Assembly (NCBI GenBank): GCA_964386345.1
Contig: CAYLSD010000019.1
Coordinates: 9,802 to 73,801 of the forward strand
DNA: 64,000 nt
Origin: an uncultured Fuscovulum sp.
GTDB lineage: Bacteria > Pseudomonadota > Alphaproteobacteria > Rhodobacterales > Rhodobacteraceae
Direction of reading: 5' to 3'
A model generated the notes under the pieces. The model was not told the origin of the DNA and searched no databases. It worked only from the letters and a program-made list of their open reading frames with translations. Positions 1 to 9,634 of this stretch are shown here, in pieces. Within the stretch, counting starts at the first letter, position 1; each line of letters opens with the position of its first letter. The position numbers and the translations under genes were made by a program.

Positions 1-2
1 TT

Positions 3-170
3 CCCTGCCGGATCACCGTGCGCGCCGCCCCGGCGGGAGCGGCGGGCCGTCCGAAGCCCGAGCAGCGGTTCCGCGAGGGGAGCCGTGTTTTCACCATCCT
101 GGCGGTGGCCGAGCGCGATCCCGCCGGGCGCTACCTGACCTGTTTCTGCCGCGAGGAGGGACCGCGATGA
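3..170 (+). CDS. GTA head-tail adaptor / head closure protein (g7-like), 5' truncated by window
   Basis: Frame 3 reads PCRITVRAAPAGAAGRPKPEQRFREGSRVFTILAVAERDPAGRYLTCFCREEGPR*; TGA overlaps next ATG (ATGA at 167-170). Confidence 0.8.
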   Translation, partial: PCRITVRAAPAGAAGRPKPEQRFREGSRVFTILAVAERDPAGRYLTCFCREEGPR

Positions 171-556
171 GCTATGGCGCAGCGGTCGCCTTGCAGGCGG
201 CGGTGTATCAGCACTTGTCGGCGGTGCTGACGGATGTGGCGGTGCATGATGCGGTGCCGCCCGGCCCGGCGGGGACCTTCGTGCTGGTGGGGCCGGAGGA
301 GGTGCTGGACGCCTCGGACAAATCGGGCGCGGGGGCGGAGCACCGGCTGGTGGTCAGCGTCATTTCCGGCGGGGCGGGGTTTCTGGCGGCGAAGACCATC
401 GCGGCGGATGTCTCGGACGCCCTGACCGGGGCCGGTCTGGTGCTGGCGCGGGGGCGGCTGGTCAGCCTGCTGTTCCAGCGCGCGGTGGCGCGGCGGATCG
501 ACGAGGGCGAGGTGCGGCGGATCGACCTGACCTTCCGCGCCCGTATCGAGCTTTGA
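167..556 (+). CDS. GTA tail terminator, DUF3168 family (g8-like)
   Basis: 129 aa, MSYGAAVALQAAVYQHL...RRIDLTFRARIE; position in cluster. Confidence 0.88.
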   Translation: MSYGAAVALQAAVYQHLSAVLTDVAVHDAVPPGPAGTFVLVGPEEVLDASDKSGAGAEHRLVVSVISGGAGFLAAKTIAADVSDALTGAGLVLARGRLVSLLFQRAVARRIDEGEVRRIDLTFRARIEL

Positions 557-580
557 AAAACCTTTTCACGGAGATGAGCC

Positions 581-994
581 ATGGCAGTGCAGGCCGGCAA
601 GGACCTTCTGATCAAGATCGACCAGACCGGGGACGGTCAGTTCGAGACCATCGCGGGGCTGCGCGCCACGCGGATCAGCTTCAATGCCGAGACGGTGGAT
701 GTGACCAGCCTGGAGTCGCAGGGTGGGTGGCGGGAGCTGCTGGCGGGGGCGGGGGTGAAATCGGCGGCGATTTCCGGCTCGGGCGTGTTCCGGGACGCGA
801 ACACCGATGAGCGGGCGCGGCAGATCTTCTTCGACGGCGAGATCCCGGCATTCCAGGTGGTGATCCCGGATTTCGGCACGGTGGAGGGGCCGTTCCAGAT
901 CTCGGCGCTGGAATATGCGGGCAGCCACAATGGCGAGGCGAGTTATGAAATCACGCTGGCCTCGGCGGGTGTGCTGACCTTTACGGCGCTGTGA
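581..994 (+). CDS. GTA major tail tube protein, TP901-1 family (g9-like)
   Basis: MAVQAGKDLLIK...IAGLRATRISFNAETVDVT...WRELLAGAGVKSAAISGSGVF; GGAG RBS. Confidence 0.95.
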   Translation: MAVQAGKDLLIKIDQTGDGQFETIAGLRATRISFNAETVDVTSLESQGGWRELLAGAGVKSAAISGSGVFRDANTDERARQIFFDGEIPAFQVVIPDFGTVEGPFQISALEYAGSHNGEASYEITLASAGVLTFTAL

Positions 995-1314
995 TGGCCA
1001 ATCCTTGGGCGGGAGAGGTGGCGGTGCTGCTGGACGGGCAGCGCCATGTGGCGAAGCTGACGCTGGGGGCGCTGGCGGAACTGGAGGCGGCGCTGGAGGC
1101 GGGGTCGCTTCTGGATCTGGTGGAGCGGTTCGAGGCGGGGCGGTTTTCCAGCCGCGATGTGCTGGCGCTGATCGTGGCGGGGCTGCGGGGCGGCGGCTGG
1201 CAGGGAACGGCGGCGGACCTGTTGCGGGTGGAGATCGGCGGCGGGCCGGTGGAGGCGGCGCGGGCGGCGGCGGAGCTTCTGGCCCGCGCCTTCGCCTTGC
1301 CGGGCGAGGGGTGA
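994..1314 (+). CDS. GTA tail assembly chaperone (g10-like)
   Basis: MANPWAGEVAVLLDG...KLTLGALAELE; ATG overlaps tail-tube stop. Confidence 0.9.
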   Translation: MANPWAGEVAVLLDGQRHVAKLTLGALAELEAALEAGSLLDLVERFEAGRFSSRDVLALIVAGLRGGGWQGTAADLLRVEIGGGPVEAARAAAELLARAFALPGEG

Positions 1315-1568
1315 GGGCGGCGGTCGCCACCCGCGCGATCGACTGGGCCGGGCTGATGCGGGCCGGGCTGCGGGAGTTGCGGCTTGAGCCCGCGGTGTTC
1401 TGGCGGCTGACCCCGGTGGAATTGCGGATGATGCTGGGGGCGGAGCAGGCGGCTCCGCCCCTGACGCGGGCGCGGCTGGCGGAACTGGCCGCGGCATTCC
1501 CGGACATGGAAAAGGGGCGGGACGATGGAGACGACCGGGAACCTGATGGAGCAACTGGCGGCGCTTGA
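1311..1568 (+). CDS. GTA small tail assembly chaperone (g10.1 / rcc01693-like)
   Basis: IDWAGLMRAGLRELRLEPAVFWRLTPVELRMMLG...LAELAAAFPD; GTG overlaps g10 stop; exact start uncertain. Confidence 0.82.
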   Translation: MRAAVATRAIDWAGLMRAGLRELRLEPAVFWRLTPVELRMMLGAEQAAPPLTRARLAELAAAFPDMEKGRDDGDDREPDGATGGA

Positions 1569-2178
1569 GGAAAGCCTTGGCAGCTCGGCGGCGATGGTGG
1601 CGGCCTTCGACGGCGAGATGGCGCGGATGCGGCAGACGATGGCCTTCACCGGGCGCGAGATGGACAGCCTGTCGCGGGGCTTCAGCGGCGGGTTGCGGCG
1701 GGCGTTCGACGGGCTGGTGTTCGACGGGATGAAGCTGTCGGACGCGCTGCGGGGCGTGGGCAAGGCGATCAGCGACACGATCTATTCCATCGCCATGCGG
1801 CCGGTGACCGATGCGGTCGGCGGGGCGCTGGCGCAGGGGATTGCGGGCGTCATGGGGGCCTTCATGCCCTTTGCCAGGGGCGGGGCCTTCTCGCAGGGCA
1901 GGGTGATGCCCTTTGCGAACGGCGGCGTGGTGTCCTCGCCGGTGACGTTCCCGATGCGGGGCGGGCGGGGGCTGATGGGCGAGGCGGGGCCCGAGGCGAT
2001 CATGCCGCTGGCGCGCGGCGCGGACGGGCGGCTGGGGGTGCAGGCAGCGGGCGGCGGGCGGGCGGTGAACGTGGTGATGAACATCACCACCCCGGACGTG
2101 CAGGGCTTCCAGCGCAGCCAGAGCCAGATCGCGGCGCAGGTCGGCCGGGCGCTGGCCCGCGGCCAGAGGAACAGGTGA
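1525..2178 (+). CDS. GTA tail tape measure protein (g11-like, short)
   Basis: 217 aa, FDGLVFDGMKLSDAL...PFANGGVVSSP...GLMGEAGPEAIMPLARGADGRLGV. Confidence 0.93.
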   Translation: METTGNLMEQLAALEESLGSSAAMVAAFDGEMARMRQTMAFTGREMDSLSRGFSGGLRRAFDGLVFDGMKLSDALRGVGKAISDTIYSIAMRPVTDAVGGALAQGIAGVMGAFMPFARGGAFSQGRVMPFANGGVVSSPVTFPMRGGRGLMGEAGPEAIMPLARGADGRLGVQAAGGGRAVNVVMNITTPDVQGFQRSQSQIAAQVGRALARGQRNR

Positions 2179-2184
2179 GGGCAG

Positions 2185-2817
2185 ATGGCGTTTCACGAGA
2201 TCAGATTTCCGGCGAACCTGAGCTTCGGCTCGGTGGGCGGGCCGGAGCGGCGAACCGAGGTGGTGACGCTGCAGAACGGGCATGAGGAGCGGAATACGCC
2301 ATGGGCGCATTCGCGGCGGCGCTATGACGCGGGCGTCGGGCTGCGGTCGCTGGACGATGTGGAGGCGCTGATCGCCTTCTTCGAGGCGCGGCGGGGGCGG
2401 CTGCACGGGTTCCGCTGGAAGGACTGGTCGGATTACAGGTCCTGCCTGCCCTCGCGCGCGCCCTCGGCGCTGGACCAGACCATCGGCACGGGGGACGGGG
2501 TGACGGCGGTGTTCCGGTTGCAGAAGACCTATCGCTCGGGCGAGCAGGTCTATGTGCGGCCGGTGGCGAAGCCGGTTCAGGGTTCGGTGCTGGTGGCGGT
2601 GGCGCAGGATCCGAAGGTCGAGGGGCTGGAGTTCGAGGTGGACCCGGCAACGGGGCTGGTGACCTTCGAGACCCCGCCCGCGCTTGGCACCGAGATCAGC
2701 GCAGGGTTCGAGTTCGATGTGCCGGTGCGTTTCGACACCGATCACATCCAGACCTCGGTGGCGTCGTTCCAGGCGGGGGATGTGCCCTCGGTTCCGGTGG
2801 TGGAGGTGCGGGCATGA
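2185..2817 (+). CDS. GTA distal tail protein, DUF2460 family (g12-like)
   Basis: MAFHEIRFPANLSFGSVGGPERRTEVV...GFEFDVPVRFDTD. Confidence 0.93.
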   Translation: MAFHEIRFPANLSFGSVGGPERRTEVVTLQNGHEERNTPWAHSRRRYDAGVGLRSLDDVEALIAFFEARRGRLHGFRWKDWSDYRSCLPSRAPSALDQTIGTGDGVTAVFRLQKTYRSGEQVYVRPVAKPVQGSVLVAVAQDPKVEGLEFEVDPATGLVTFETPPALGTEISAGFEFDVPVRFDTDHIQTSVASFQAGDVPSVPVVEVRA

Positions 2818-3716
2818 TCCCGGCGGAATTGCAGGCGCATCTGGATGGCGGCGCGACGACGACCTGCCGGGCCTGGACGGTGACGCGGCGGGATGGCGTG
2901 GTGCTGGGGTTCACCGATCACGATTGCGACCTGGTGATCGAGGGGGTGGCGCATCGGGCGGGCTCGGGCCTGACGGCGCGGGCCTTGCAGCAGGGCACGG
3001 GGCTGGCGGTGGACAATACCGAGGCGGTGGGGGCGCTGTCGGATGCGGCGATCTCGGAGGGCGATCTGGCCGCCGGGCGCTATGATGCGGCCGAGGTGCG
3101 GATCTGGCTGGTCAACTGGGCCGATGTGGCGCAGCGGGCGGAGGTGTTCCGCGGCTCGCTGGGCGAGGTGACACGGCTGGGGGCGGAGTTCCGGGCGGAA
3201 CTGCGGGGGCTGTCCGAGGCGCTGAACCAGCCGGTGGGGCTGGCCTATACGCGGGGCTGTTCGGCGGTTCTGGGCGACGGGCGCTGCCGGTTCGATACGA
3301 CGCAGCCGGGGTATTTCGCCGAATGCGTGGTGGAGGAGGTCGATGATGAGCGGCGGGTGTTCCGCTTTGCCGATTTCGGCGGATTCGACGACCGCTGGTT
3401 CGAGTTCGGGCGGGTCGAGGTGCTGGACGGCGCGGCCTCGGGGCTGGCCGGGCTGGTGAAGTCGGACAGGGTGGCGGGGCAGGGCCGGGTGATGGAATTG
3501 TGGCACGGCCTCCGCGCCGATCTGCGGCCGGGGGACAAGCTGCGCTTCATCGCCGGGTGCGACAAGCGGGCCGGGACCTGCCGGATGAAATTCGCCAACA
3601 TGCCGAATTTCCGCGGCTTTCCGCATATCCCGGGCGAGGACTGGCTGACCGCCTATCCTCGGGCCGGGCAGAACACCGGCGGCGGGTCGATCTTCGCCGG
3701 GCTGGGGCTGGCATGA
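2814..3716 (+). CDS. GTA baseplate hub, DUF2163 family (g13-like)
   Basis: GFTDHD, GCDK...C..KFAN..NFRGFPHIPGEDW motifs. Confidence 0.93.
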   Translation: MIPAELQAHLDGGATTTCRAWTVTRRDGVVLGFTDHDCDLVIEGVAHRAGSGLTARALQQGTGLAVDNTEAVGALSDAAISEGDLAAGRYDAAEVRIWLVNWADVAQRAEVFRGSLGEVTRLGAEFRAELRGLSEALNQPVGLAYTRGCSAVLGDGRCRFDTTQPGYFAECVVEEVDDERRVFRFADFGGFDDRWFEFGRVEVLDGAASGLAGLVKSDRVAGQGRVMELWHGLRADLRPGDKLRFIAGCDKRAGTCRMKFANMPNFRGFPHIPGEDWLTAYPRAGQNTGGGSIFAGLGLA

Positions 3717-4156
3717 CCGTGGCAGAGCGGGCGGTGGCGGAGGCGCGGCTCTGGCTGGGCACGCCTTATGTCCATCAGGCCAGTTGCCGCGGGGCGGGCA
3801 CGGATTGCCTGGGCCTGCTGCGGGGTGTCTGGCGGGCGCTTTACGGGGCGGAACCGGAGACGGTGCCTGCCTATACCGCCGACTGGGCCGAGCCGACCGG
3901 CGACGAGGTTCTGCTTCGGGCGGGGCAGCGGCTGCTTTGCCCGAAGCCGGTGGCGGAGGAGGCTGCGGGCGACGTGATCCTGTTCCGGATGCGGGCGGGG
4001 CATGTGGCCAAGCATCTGGGGCTGCAATCCTCGGTGGGGGCCGAGGCGCGGTTCATCCATGCCTACAGCGGCCATTGCGTCACAGAAAGCGCGCTGACCG
4101 ATCCCTGGCGCCGCCGCATCGCGGCGCGTTTCGCATTTCCTGACGGAGCCTTGTGA
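3713..4156 (+). CDS. GTA NlpC/P60 cell-wall peptidase (g14-like)
   Basis: WLGTPYVHQAS..GAGTDCLGLLRGVW (catalytic Cys), AKHLG (His); ATG overlaps g13 stop. Confidence 0.93.
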   Translation: MTVAERAVAEARLWLGTPYVHQASCRGAGTDCLGLLRGVWRALYGAEPETVPAYTADWAEPTGDEVLLRAGQRLLCPKPVAEEAAGDVILFRMRAGHVAKHLGLQSSVGAEARFIHAYSGHCVTESALTDPWRRRIAARFAFPDGAL

Positions 4157-4158
4157 CC

Positions 4159-7100
4159 ATGGCGACCCTTCTTCTTTCGGCGGCCGGCGCGGCCATCGGC
4201 GCCGGTTTCGGCGGCACGGTGCTTGGCCTGTCCGGTGCGGTCATCGGCCGGGCCATCGGCGCCACCATCGGCCGCAGCATCGACCAGCGCATCCTCGGCG
4301 GCGGGTCCGAGGCGGTCGAGGTCGGCCGGATCGACCGGCTGCGGCTGACCGGGGCCTCGGAAGGGGCGCCGGTCGGGCAGGTCTGGGGACGGATGCGCAT
4401 CGCGGGACAGGTGATCTGGACGACGCAGTTCCAGGAGCATGCCACCCGCAGGGGCGGCGGCAAGGGGGCGCCGCAGCCGAAGGTGACGGAATACAGCTAT
4501 TCGGTCAGCCTGGCGATCGCGCTTTGCGAGGGCGAGATCCTGAAGGTCGGGCGGATCTGGGCCGATGGCAACGAGATCGCGCCGGATGACCTGAACCTGC
4601 GGGTCTATACCGGCAGCGAGACGCAACTGGCCGATCCGCGGATCGAGGCGGTGGAGGGCGCGGGCAATGCGCCCGCCTATCGCGGCATCGCCTATGTGGT
4701 GATCGAGGACCTGGACCTGACACCCTATGGCAACCGGGTGCCGCAGTTCTCGTTCGAGGTGGTGCGGGCGGCGCGCACATCGCCCGGCGCCGAGCCGTCG
4801 CTGCATGAGGCGGTGCGGGCGGTGGCGATGATCCCGGGCACCGGGGAATATGCGCTGGCCACGACGCCGGTGCATCTGAACCTCGGGCTTGGGAGGAGCG
4901 TTTCGGCGAATGTCCATACCGCCTCTGGCCGGACGGATTTCGCCACCTCGCTGGAGCATCTGGTGACGGAACTGCCGAATTGCGGCTCGGTCTCGCTGGT
5001 GGTGTCGTGGTTCGGGGACGACCTGCGCTGCGGGACATGCAGGGTGCGGCCGAAGGTGGAACAGTCTCGGCTGGACGGGGTGGGGATGCCCTGGCGGGCG
5101 GGTGGCATCACGCGGGCGGCGGCGCAGGTGGTGCCACAGGTCGAGGGGCGGCCGGTCTATGGCGGGACGCCGGCCGATGCCTCGGTGGTGGAGGCGATCC
5201 GGGCGATCCGGGCCGAGGGGCGGGAGGTGATGTTCTATCCCTTCGTGCTGATGGAGCAACTGGCGGGCAATGTGCTGCCAGACCCCTGGACCGGGGCGGA
5301 GGGCCAGCCCGTGCTGCCCTGGCGGGGGCGGATCACCACCTCGGTCGCGCCGGGGCGGGCGGGGACGCCGGACCGGACCGCGGTGGCCGAGGCGGAGGTG
5401 GCGGCGTTCTTCGGGACCGCGATGCCGTCGCAGTTCATCGCCTCGGGGACGAGGGTCAATTACTCCGGGCCTGCCGACTGGGGCTTTCGCCGCTTCATCC
5501 TGCATTACGCCCGGCTTTGCGCCGCGGCGGGCGGGGTGGATGCGTTCTGCATCGGCTCGGAGATGCGGTCTCTGGTGCAGGTGCGCGGGGCGGGGGACAG
5601 TTTTCCGGCGGTTGCCGAACTGGTCCGGCTGGCGGGGGAGGTGAAGGCCATCCTCGGGCCGGGCTGCAAGGTCAGCTATGCGGCGGACTGGTCGGAATAT
5701 GCGGGCTATCAGGCGGACGGGAACCTGTATTTCCCGCTTGATCCGCTGTGGTCCTGCCCGGCGGTCGATTTCATCGGCATCGACAATTACATGCCGCTGT
5801 CGGACTGGCGGGATGAGGCGGGCCATGCCGATGAGGGCTGGGGCAGCCTTTACAACCTGGATTACCTGCGGGCGAATATCGCCGGGGGCGAGCATTACGA
5901 CTGGTATTACGATTCGCCGGAGGGCGAGGCGTTCCAGCGGCGCCGGCCGATCACCGATGGCGCGCATGACGAGCCCTGGGTGTTCCGGGCGAAGGATCTG
6001 GCAGGATGGTGGTCGAACAGCCACCACCAGCGGATCGGCGGAGTGCGTGATCCGCTGCCGACGGGATGGATGCCGCAGTCGAAGCCGATCCGCTTCACCG
6101 AATACGGCTGCGCGGCGATCGACAAGGGCAGCAACCAGCCGAACAGGTTCCTTGACGCGATGTCGTCGGAGTCGGCTCTGCCGCGGGCGTCCAGCGGGCG
6201 GCGGGACGATCTGGTGCAGATGCAGTATCTGCGGGCGATGGCCGGGCATTTCGCCGATCCGGCGGGAAACCCGGTCTCGACCGTCTATCACGGGCCGATG
6301 GTGGAGATGTCCCATGCCCATGCCTGGGCCTGGGATGCGCGGCCGTTTCCGGCCTTTCCGGCGCGGCCGGACCTCTGGGCCGATGCCGGAGCCTATGCGC
6401 GGGGCCATTGGCTGAACGGGAGGGCGACGGGGCAGCCGCTGGATGCGGTGGTGCGCGAGATCTGCGGGCAGAGCGGGCTTGCCGTGCTGGATACCTCGGC
6501 GCTTTACGGCGTGGTCCGGGGCTATGCCGCCGATCAGGTGCAGCCGGGGCGGGCGGCGTTGCAGCCGCTTCTGCTGGGCTATTCGGCGGATGCGGTGGAA
6601 CGCGTCGGGATGCTGCGCTTTGCCCTGCGGGACGGGCGGGTCGACCATGTGCTGGAGCCCGGCAGCCTTGCCGTTGCCGGGGGCCTGGACGGCTATGCCG
6701 AGATCGCGCGGCAAGGCGCGGGCGAGGCCAGCGGCACGGTGCGGCTGAGCTATATCGACGTGCAGGGCGATTTCGAGGCGAGAACGGCAGAGGCGCGCTT
6801 TCCCGACGAGGATCTGCGCGCCGTCGCCGTGTCGGAACTGGCGCTTGGCCTGACGGCGGCGGAGGCCCGGGACGTGACTCACCGCTGGCTGGCCGAAGAA
6901 CGGATCGGCCGCGACAGCATCCGGTTTGCCCTGCCGCCGTCGCGGCTGGCGGTCGGTGCGGGGGATGTCGTCGCGCTGCATGGCGGGCTGTGGCGGGTGG
7001 ATCGGGTGGAGACGGGGGATGCCGCGCTGCTGGAGGCGGTTCGGGTAGAGACCGGCGCCTGTCGCCCGGCCGAAATCGGCGAGGAAATCTTTGCGGCCCG

Positions 7101-8055
7101 CCGCTTCATGGCGGCGGTTCCGGTTTATCCGGTCTTTCTCGACCTGCCGCTGCTGACCGGCAACGAGGTTCCCCACGCCCCGCATGTGGCGGTGACGGCG
7201 GAACCCTGGCCCGGGACGGTGGGGGTCTGGTCCTCGGACGGGGCGGAGGCGGGGTTCGGGTTGAACCGGGTGGTCGCCGCACCCGCGGTGATCGGTATGA
7301 CCGAAAGCCCGCTTGCCGCGGCCCGGCCCGGCCTTTGGGACCGGGGCGAGCCGCTGCGGGTGCGGGTGACCGGCGGGCAACTGAGTTCGGCGGGAATGAC
7401 CTCGGTGCTGAACGGGGCCAATGCGATGGCCATCGGCGACGGCAGCAACGGCAACTGGGAGGTATTCCAGTTCGCCAGCGCCGACCTGGTGGCGCCCGAC
7501 ACCTATGACCTGTCGCTGCGCCTGCGGGGGCAGGCAGGGACCGACGGGATCATGCCGGCGGAATGGCCGGTGGGCAGCACGGTGGTGGTGCTGGACCGGA
7601 CCTTGCAGCAACTGGACCTTGCCGCCTTGGCCCGGGGGCTTTTGCGGCATTACCGGATCGGCGCCACGGCGCGCGGCCATGACGATCCGGCGGTGGTGAC
7701 CCGGGCGGAGGCTTTCGACGGCATCGGGCTGCGGCCCTATCCGGTTTGCCACCTGCGGGCCAGCGGCAAGGCCGGACAGGTGGTCCGGGCGACCTGGGTC
7801 CGGCGGACGCGGATCGAGGGCGACAACTGGCAGCAAGGCGAGGTGCCGCTGGGAGAGGAAACAGAGGCCTATCTGGTGCGCATCATGGATGGCGCCACGA
7901 TCCGGGCGGAATATCGGGAAAACGCCGCAGCCTTCGAATATCCGCCCTCTGCGCAGACGGGGGACGGCGTGGCGGGGCCGTTCGACATCGCGGTCGCCCA
8001 GGTGTCGGCCCGCTTCGGCCCCGGCCCGTTCCGCAAGGTCCATGTCGGCGCCTGA
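4159..8055 (+). CDS. GTA baseplate megatron / host-specificity protein (g15-like)
   Basis: 1298 aa; MATLLLSAAGAAIG, PAYRGIAYVV, IPGTGEYALAT, FIGIDNYMPLSDWR, WAWDARPFP; last gene of cluster. Confidence 0.95.
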   Translation: MATLLLSAAGAAIGAGFGGTVLGLSGAVIGRAIGATIGRSIDQRILGGGSEAVEVGRIDRLRLTGASEGAPVGQVWGRMRIAGQVIWTTQFQEHATRRGGGKGAPQPKVTEYSYSVSLAIALCEGEILKVGRIWADGNEIAPDDLNLRVYTGSETQLADPRIEAVEGAGNAPAYRGIAYVVIEDLDLTPYGNRVPQFSFEVVRAARTSPGAEPSLHEAVRAVAMIPGTGEYALATTPVHLNLGLGRSVSANVHTASGRTDFATSLEHLVTELPNCGSVSLVVSWFGDDLRCGTCRVRPKVEQSRLDGVGMPWRAGGITRAAAQVVPQVEGRPVYGGTPADASVVEAIRAIRAEGREVMFYPFVLMEQLAGNVLPDPWTGAEGQPVLPWRGRITTSVAPGRAGTPDRTAVAEAEVAAFFGTAMPSQFIASGTRVNYSGPADWGFRRFILHYARLCAAAGGVDAFCIGSEMRSLVQVRGAGDSFPAVAELVRLAGEVKAILGPGCKVSYAADWSEYAGYQADGNLYFPLDPLWSCPAVDFIGIDNYMPLSDWRDEAGHADEGWGSLYNLDYLRANIAGGEHYDWYYDSPEGEAFQRRRPITDGAHDEPWVFRAKDLAGWWSNSHHQRIGGVRDPLPTGWMPQSKPIRFTEYGCAAIDKGSNQPNRFLDAMSSESALPRASSGRRDDLVQMQYLRAMAGHFADPAGNPVSTVYHGPMVEMSHAHAWAWDARPFPAFPARPDLWADAGAYARGHWLNGRATGQPLDAVVREICGQSGLAVLDTSALYGVVRGYAADQVQPGRAALQPLLLGYSADAVERVGMLRFALRDGRVDHVLEPGSLAVAGGLDGYAEIARQGAGEASGTVRLSYIDVQGDFEARTAEARFPDEDLRAVAVSELALGLTAAEARDVTHRWLAEERIGRDSIRFALPPSRLAVGAGDVVALHGGLWRVDRVETGDAALLEAVRVETGACRPAEIGEEIFAARRFMAAVPVYPVFLDLPLLTGNEVPHAPHVAVTAEPWPGTVGVWSSDGAEAGFGLNRVVAAPAVIGMTESPLAAARPGLWDRGEPLRVRVTGGQLSSAGMTSVLNGANAMAIGDGSNGNWEVFQFASADLVAPDTYDLSLRLRGQAGTDGIMPAEWPVGSTVVVLDRTLQQLDLAALARGLLRHYRIGATARGHDDPAVVTRAEAFDGIGLRPYPVCHLRASGKAGQVVRATWVRRTRIEGDNWQQGEVPLGEETEAYLVRIMDGATIRAEYRENAAAFEYPPSAQTGDGVAGPFDIAVAQVSARFGPGPFRKVHVGA

Positions 8056-8172
8056 CACCACGGGCCATGCGCAATCCCGATTGCCGCCCGGATGATCTTG
8101 AATCATACTGCGTCATGGGTGATATCTTCCGCTCCGGCACCCGGCCGGACAGGCAGGAACAGGACGCAGGCC

Positions 8173-8979
8173 ATGGCTGATCCCCGCAAGAAGGTTGCAA
8201 CCGTCGATCCGCTCTGGCGCCGCCTCTGCGACGAGGCGGAAGAGGCGGTGCGGGCCGAGCCCCTTCTGGGTGCGCTGATCCATTCGGGCCTTCTGCACCA
8301 CCCGTCGCTGGAACGCGCGCTGGCCTACCGCTTCTCGATGAAGCTGGCCTCGGCCGAGATGAGCGAGCAGATCCTGCGCGAGATCGCCGACGGGGCCTAT
8401 ATGGCCGATCCCGACCTTGGCGCGGCCGCCCGCACCGACCTGATGGCGGTCTATGAGCGTGACCCGGCCTGCCACCGTTTCATCCAGCCGATCCTGTTCT
8501 TCAAGGGCTATCAGGCGGTGCAGGCCTATCGGGTCGGCAACTGGCTCTGGCGGATGGGCCGCAAGGACATGGCCTATTTCGTGCAGATGCGGGTCAGCGA
8601 GGTGTTTGGCGTCGACATCCATCCTGCCGCCCGCGTCGGCAAGGGGATCATGATCGACCATGCCCATTCCATCGTCATCGGCGAAACTGCGGTGGTGGGC
8701 GACAACGTTTCCATGCTGCATTCGGTGACGCTGGGCGGCACCGGCAAGGAGGATGGCGACCGGCATCCGAAGATCGGCGACGGCGTGCTGATCGGGGCAG
8801 GGGCCAAGGTGCTGGGGAACATCCATGTCGGCCATTGCTCGCGCATCGCCGCGGGGTCCGTGGTGCTGGAGGATGTGCCGCACAACACCACCGTGGCCGG
8901 GGTTCCGGCGCGGGTTGTGGGCAAGGCCGGCTGTGCGCAGCCGGCGCTGACCATGGACCAGCTTCTGAAACCGGAATGA
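8173..8979 (+). CDS. cysE: Serine O-acetyltransferase
   Basis: RDPAC, FFKGYQA, GVDIHPAA, GIMIDHA, VTLGGTGKEDGDRHPKIG hexapeptide region. Confidence 0.96.
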   Translation: MADPRKKVATVDPLWRRLCDEAEEAVRAEPLLGALIHSGLLHHPSLERALAYRFSMKLASAEMSEQILREIADGAYMADPDLGAAARTDLMAVYERDPACHRFIQPILFFKGYQAVQAYRVGNWLWRMGRKDMAYFVQMRVSEVFGVDIHPAARVGKGIMIDHAHSIVIGETAVVGDNVSMLHSVTLGGTGKEDGDRHPKIGDGVLIGAGAKVLGNIHVGHCSRIAAGSVVLEDVPHNTTVAGVPARVVGKAGCAQPALTMDQLLKPE

Positions 8980-8980
8980 G

Positions 8981-9634
8981 ATGCAGGGGGTGAAGGCCGT
9001 GCTCCGTCAGGCAGCAGCGCTTGCCACCGGCAAGGCCATCACCCTTTTCGCCCGTTTCGTCACCGCCCCCCGTGCGCTGTGGCAGGGGATCGAGCCGACC
9101 TACGCACAGCGGATCTATTTCGCCAACCACAGCTCCAACGGCGATTTCGTGCTGATCTGGACGGTGCTGCCCGCGGCCCTTCGTGCCCGCACCCGGCCCG
9201 TTGCCGCGCTGGATTACTGGCTGAAATCCCCGCTGCGCACCTTCATCGGGCGCGAGGTGTTCAACGCCGTCCTCATCGAGCGCCGCCCCGAGGCGCGGAC
9301 CGAGGATCCGGTGGCGCAGATGGCCGCGGCGCTGGACGAAGGGTCATCGCTGATCCTTTTCCCCGAGGGCGGGCGCAATTCGGGGGAGACGCCGTTGCTG
9401 CCGTTCAAGTCCGGCCTTTACCATCTGGCCCGGATGCGCCCGAATGTCGATATGGTGCCGGTCTGGATCAACAACCTCAACCACGTCATGCCCAAGGGCA
9501 AGGTCGTTCCCGTGCCGCTGATCTGCACGCTGACCTTCGGCGCCGCGCTTCGCCTTGATCCGAACGAGACGAAGGAAGCCTTCCTTTCCCGCGCCTCCGC
9601 CAGCCTTCTGGCGCTTTCGGGAGAGGCCGCATGA
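8981..9634 (+). CDS. Lysophospholipid acyltransferase (PlsC-like)
   Basis: NHSSNGD (HX4D) and LFPEGGR motifs; alternative GTG start at 8990. Confidence 0.88.
   Translation: MQGVKAVLRQAAALATGKAITLFARFVTAPRALWQGIEPTYAQRIYFANHSSNGDFVLIWTVLPAALRARTRPVAALDYWLKSPLRTFIGREVFNAVLIERRPEARTEDPVAQMAAALDEGSSLILFPEGGRNSGETPLLPFKSGLYHLARMRPNVDMVPVWINNLNHVMPKGKVVPVPLICTLTFGAALRLDPNETKEAFLSRASASLLALSGEAA

Larger units (their letters stand above)
1..8055 (+). other. Gene transfer agent (RcGTA-type) structural cluster, tail half (g7-g15 equivalents); continues beyond the left edge
   Basis: Ten co-directional, mostly ATGA/GTGA-coupled ORFs in canonical RcGTA order: head closure, DUF3168, tail tube, two chaperones, short tape measure, DUF2460, DUF2163, NlpC/P60, megatron; followed by cysE. 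Confidence 0.95.

Noticed and set aside
1-8055. Prophage interpretation of the tail genes
   Set aside because: Gene order, very short tape measure, host-like GC and the cysE neighbour match a domesticated GTA; no integrase or att site at this end.
4063-8106. Very long antisense or alternative-frame ORFs (e.g. 4063-8106, 11895-14999, 32870-36688, 47438-50269, 54411-56891)
   Set aside because: Shadows of real genes; Arg/Pro/Gly-rich with no motifs; stop codons are scarce at about 70% GC.
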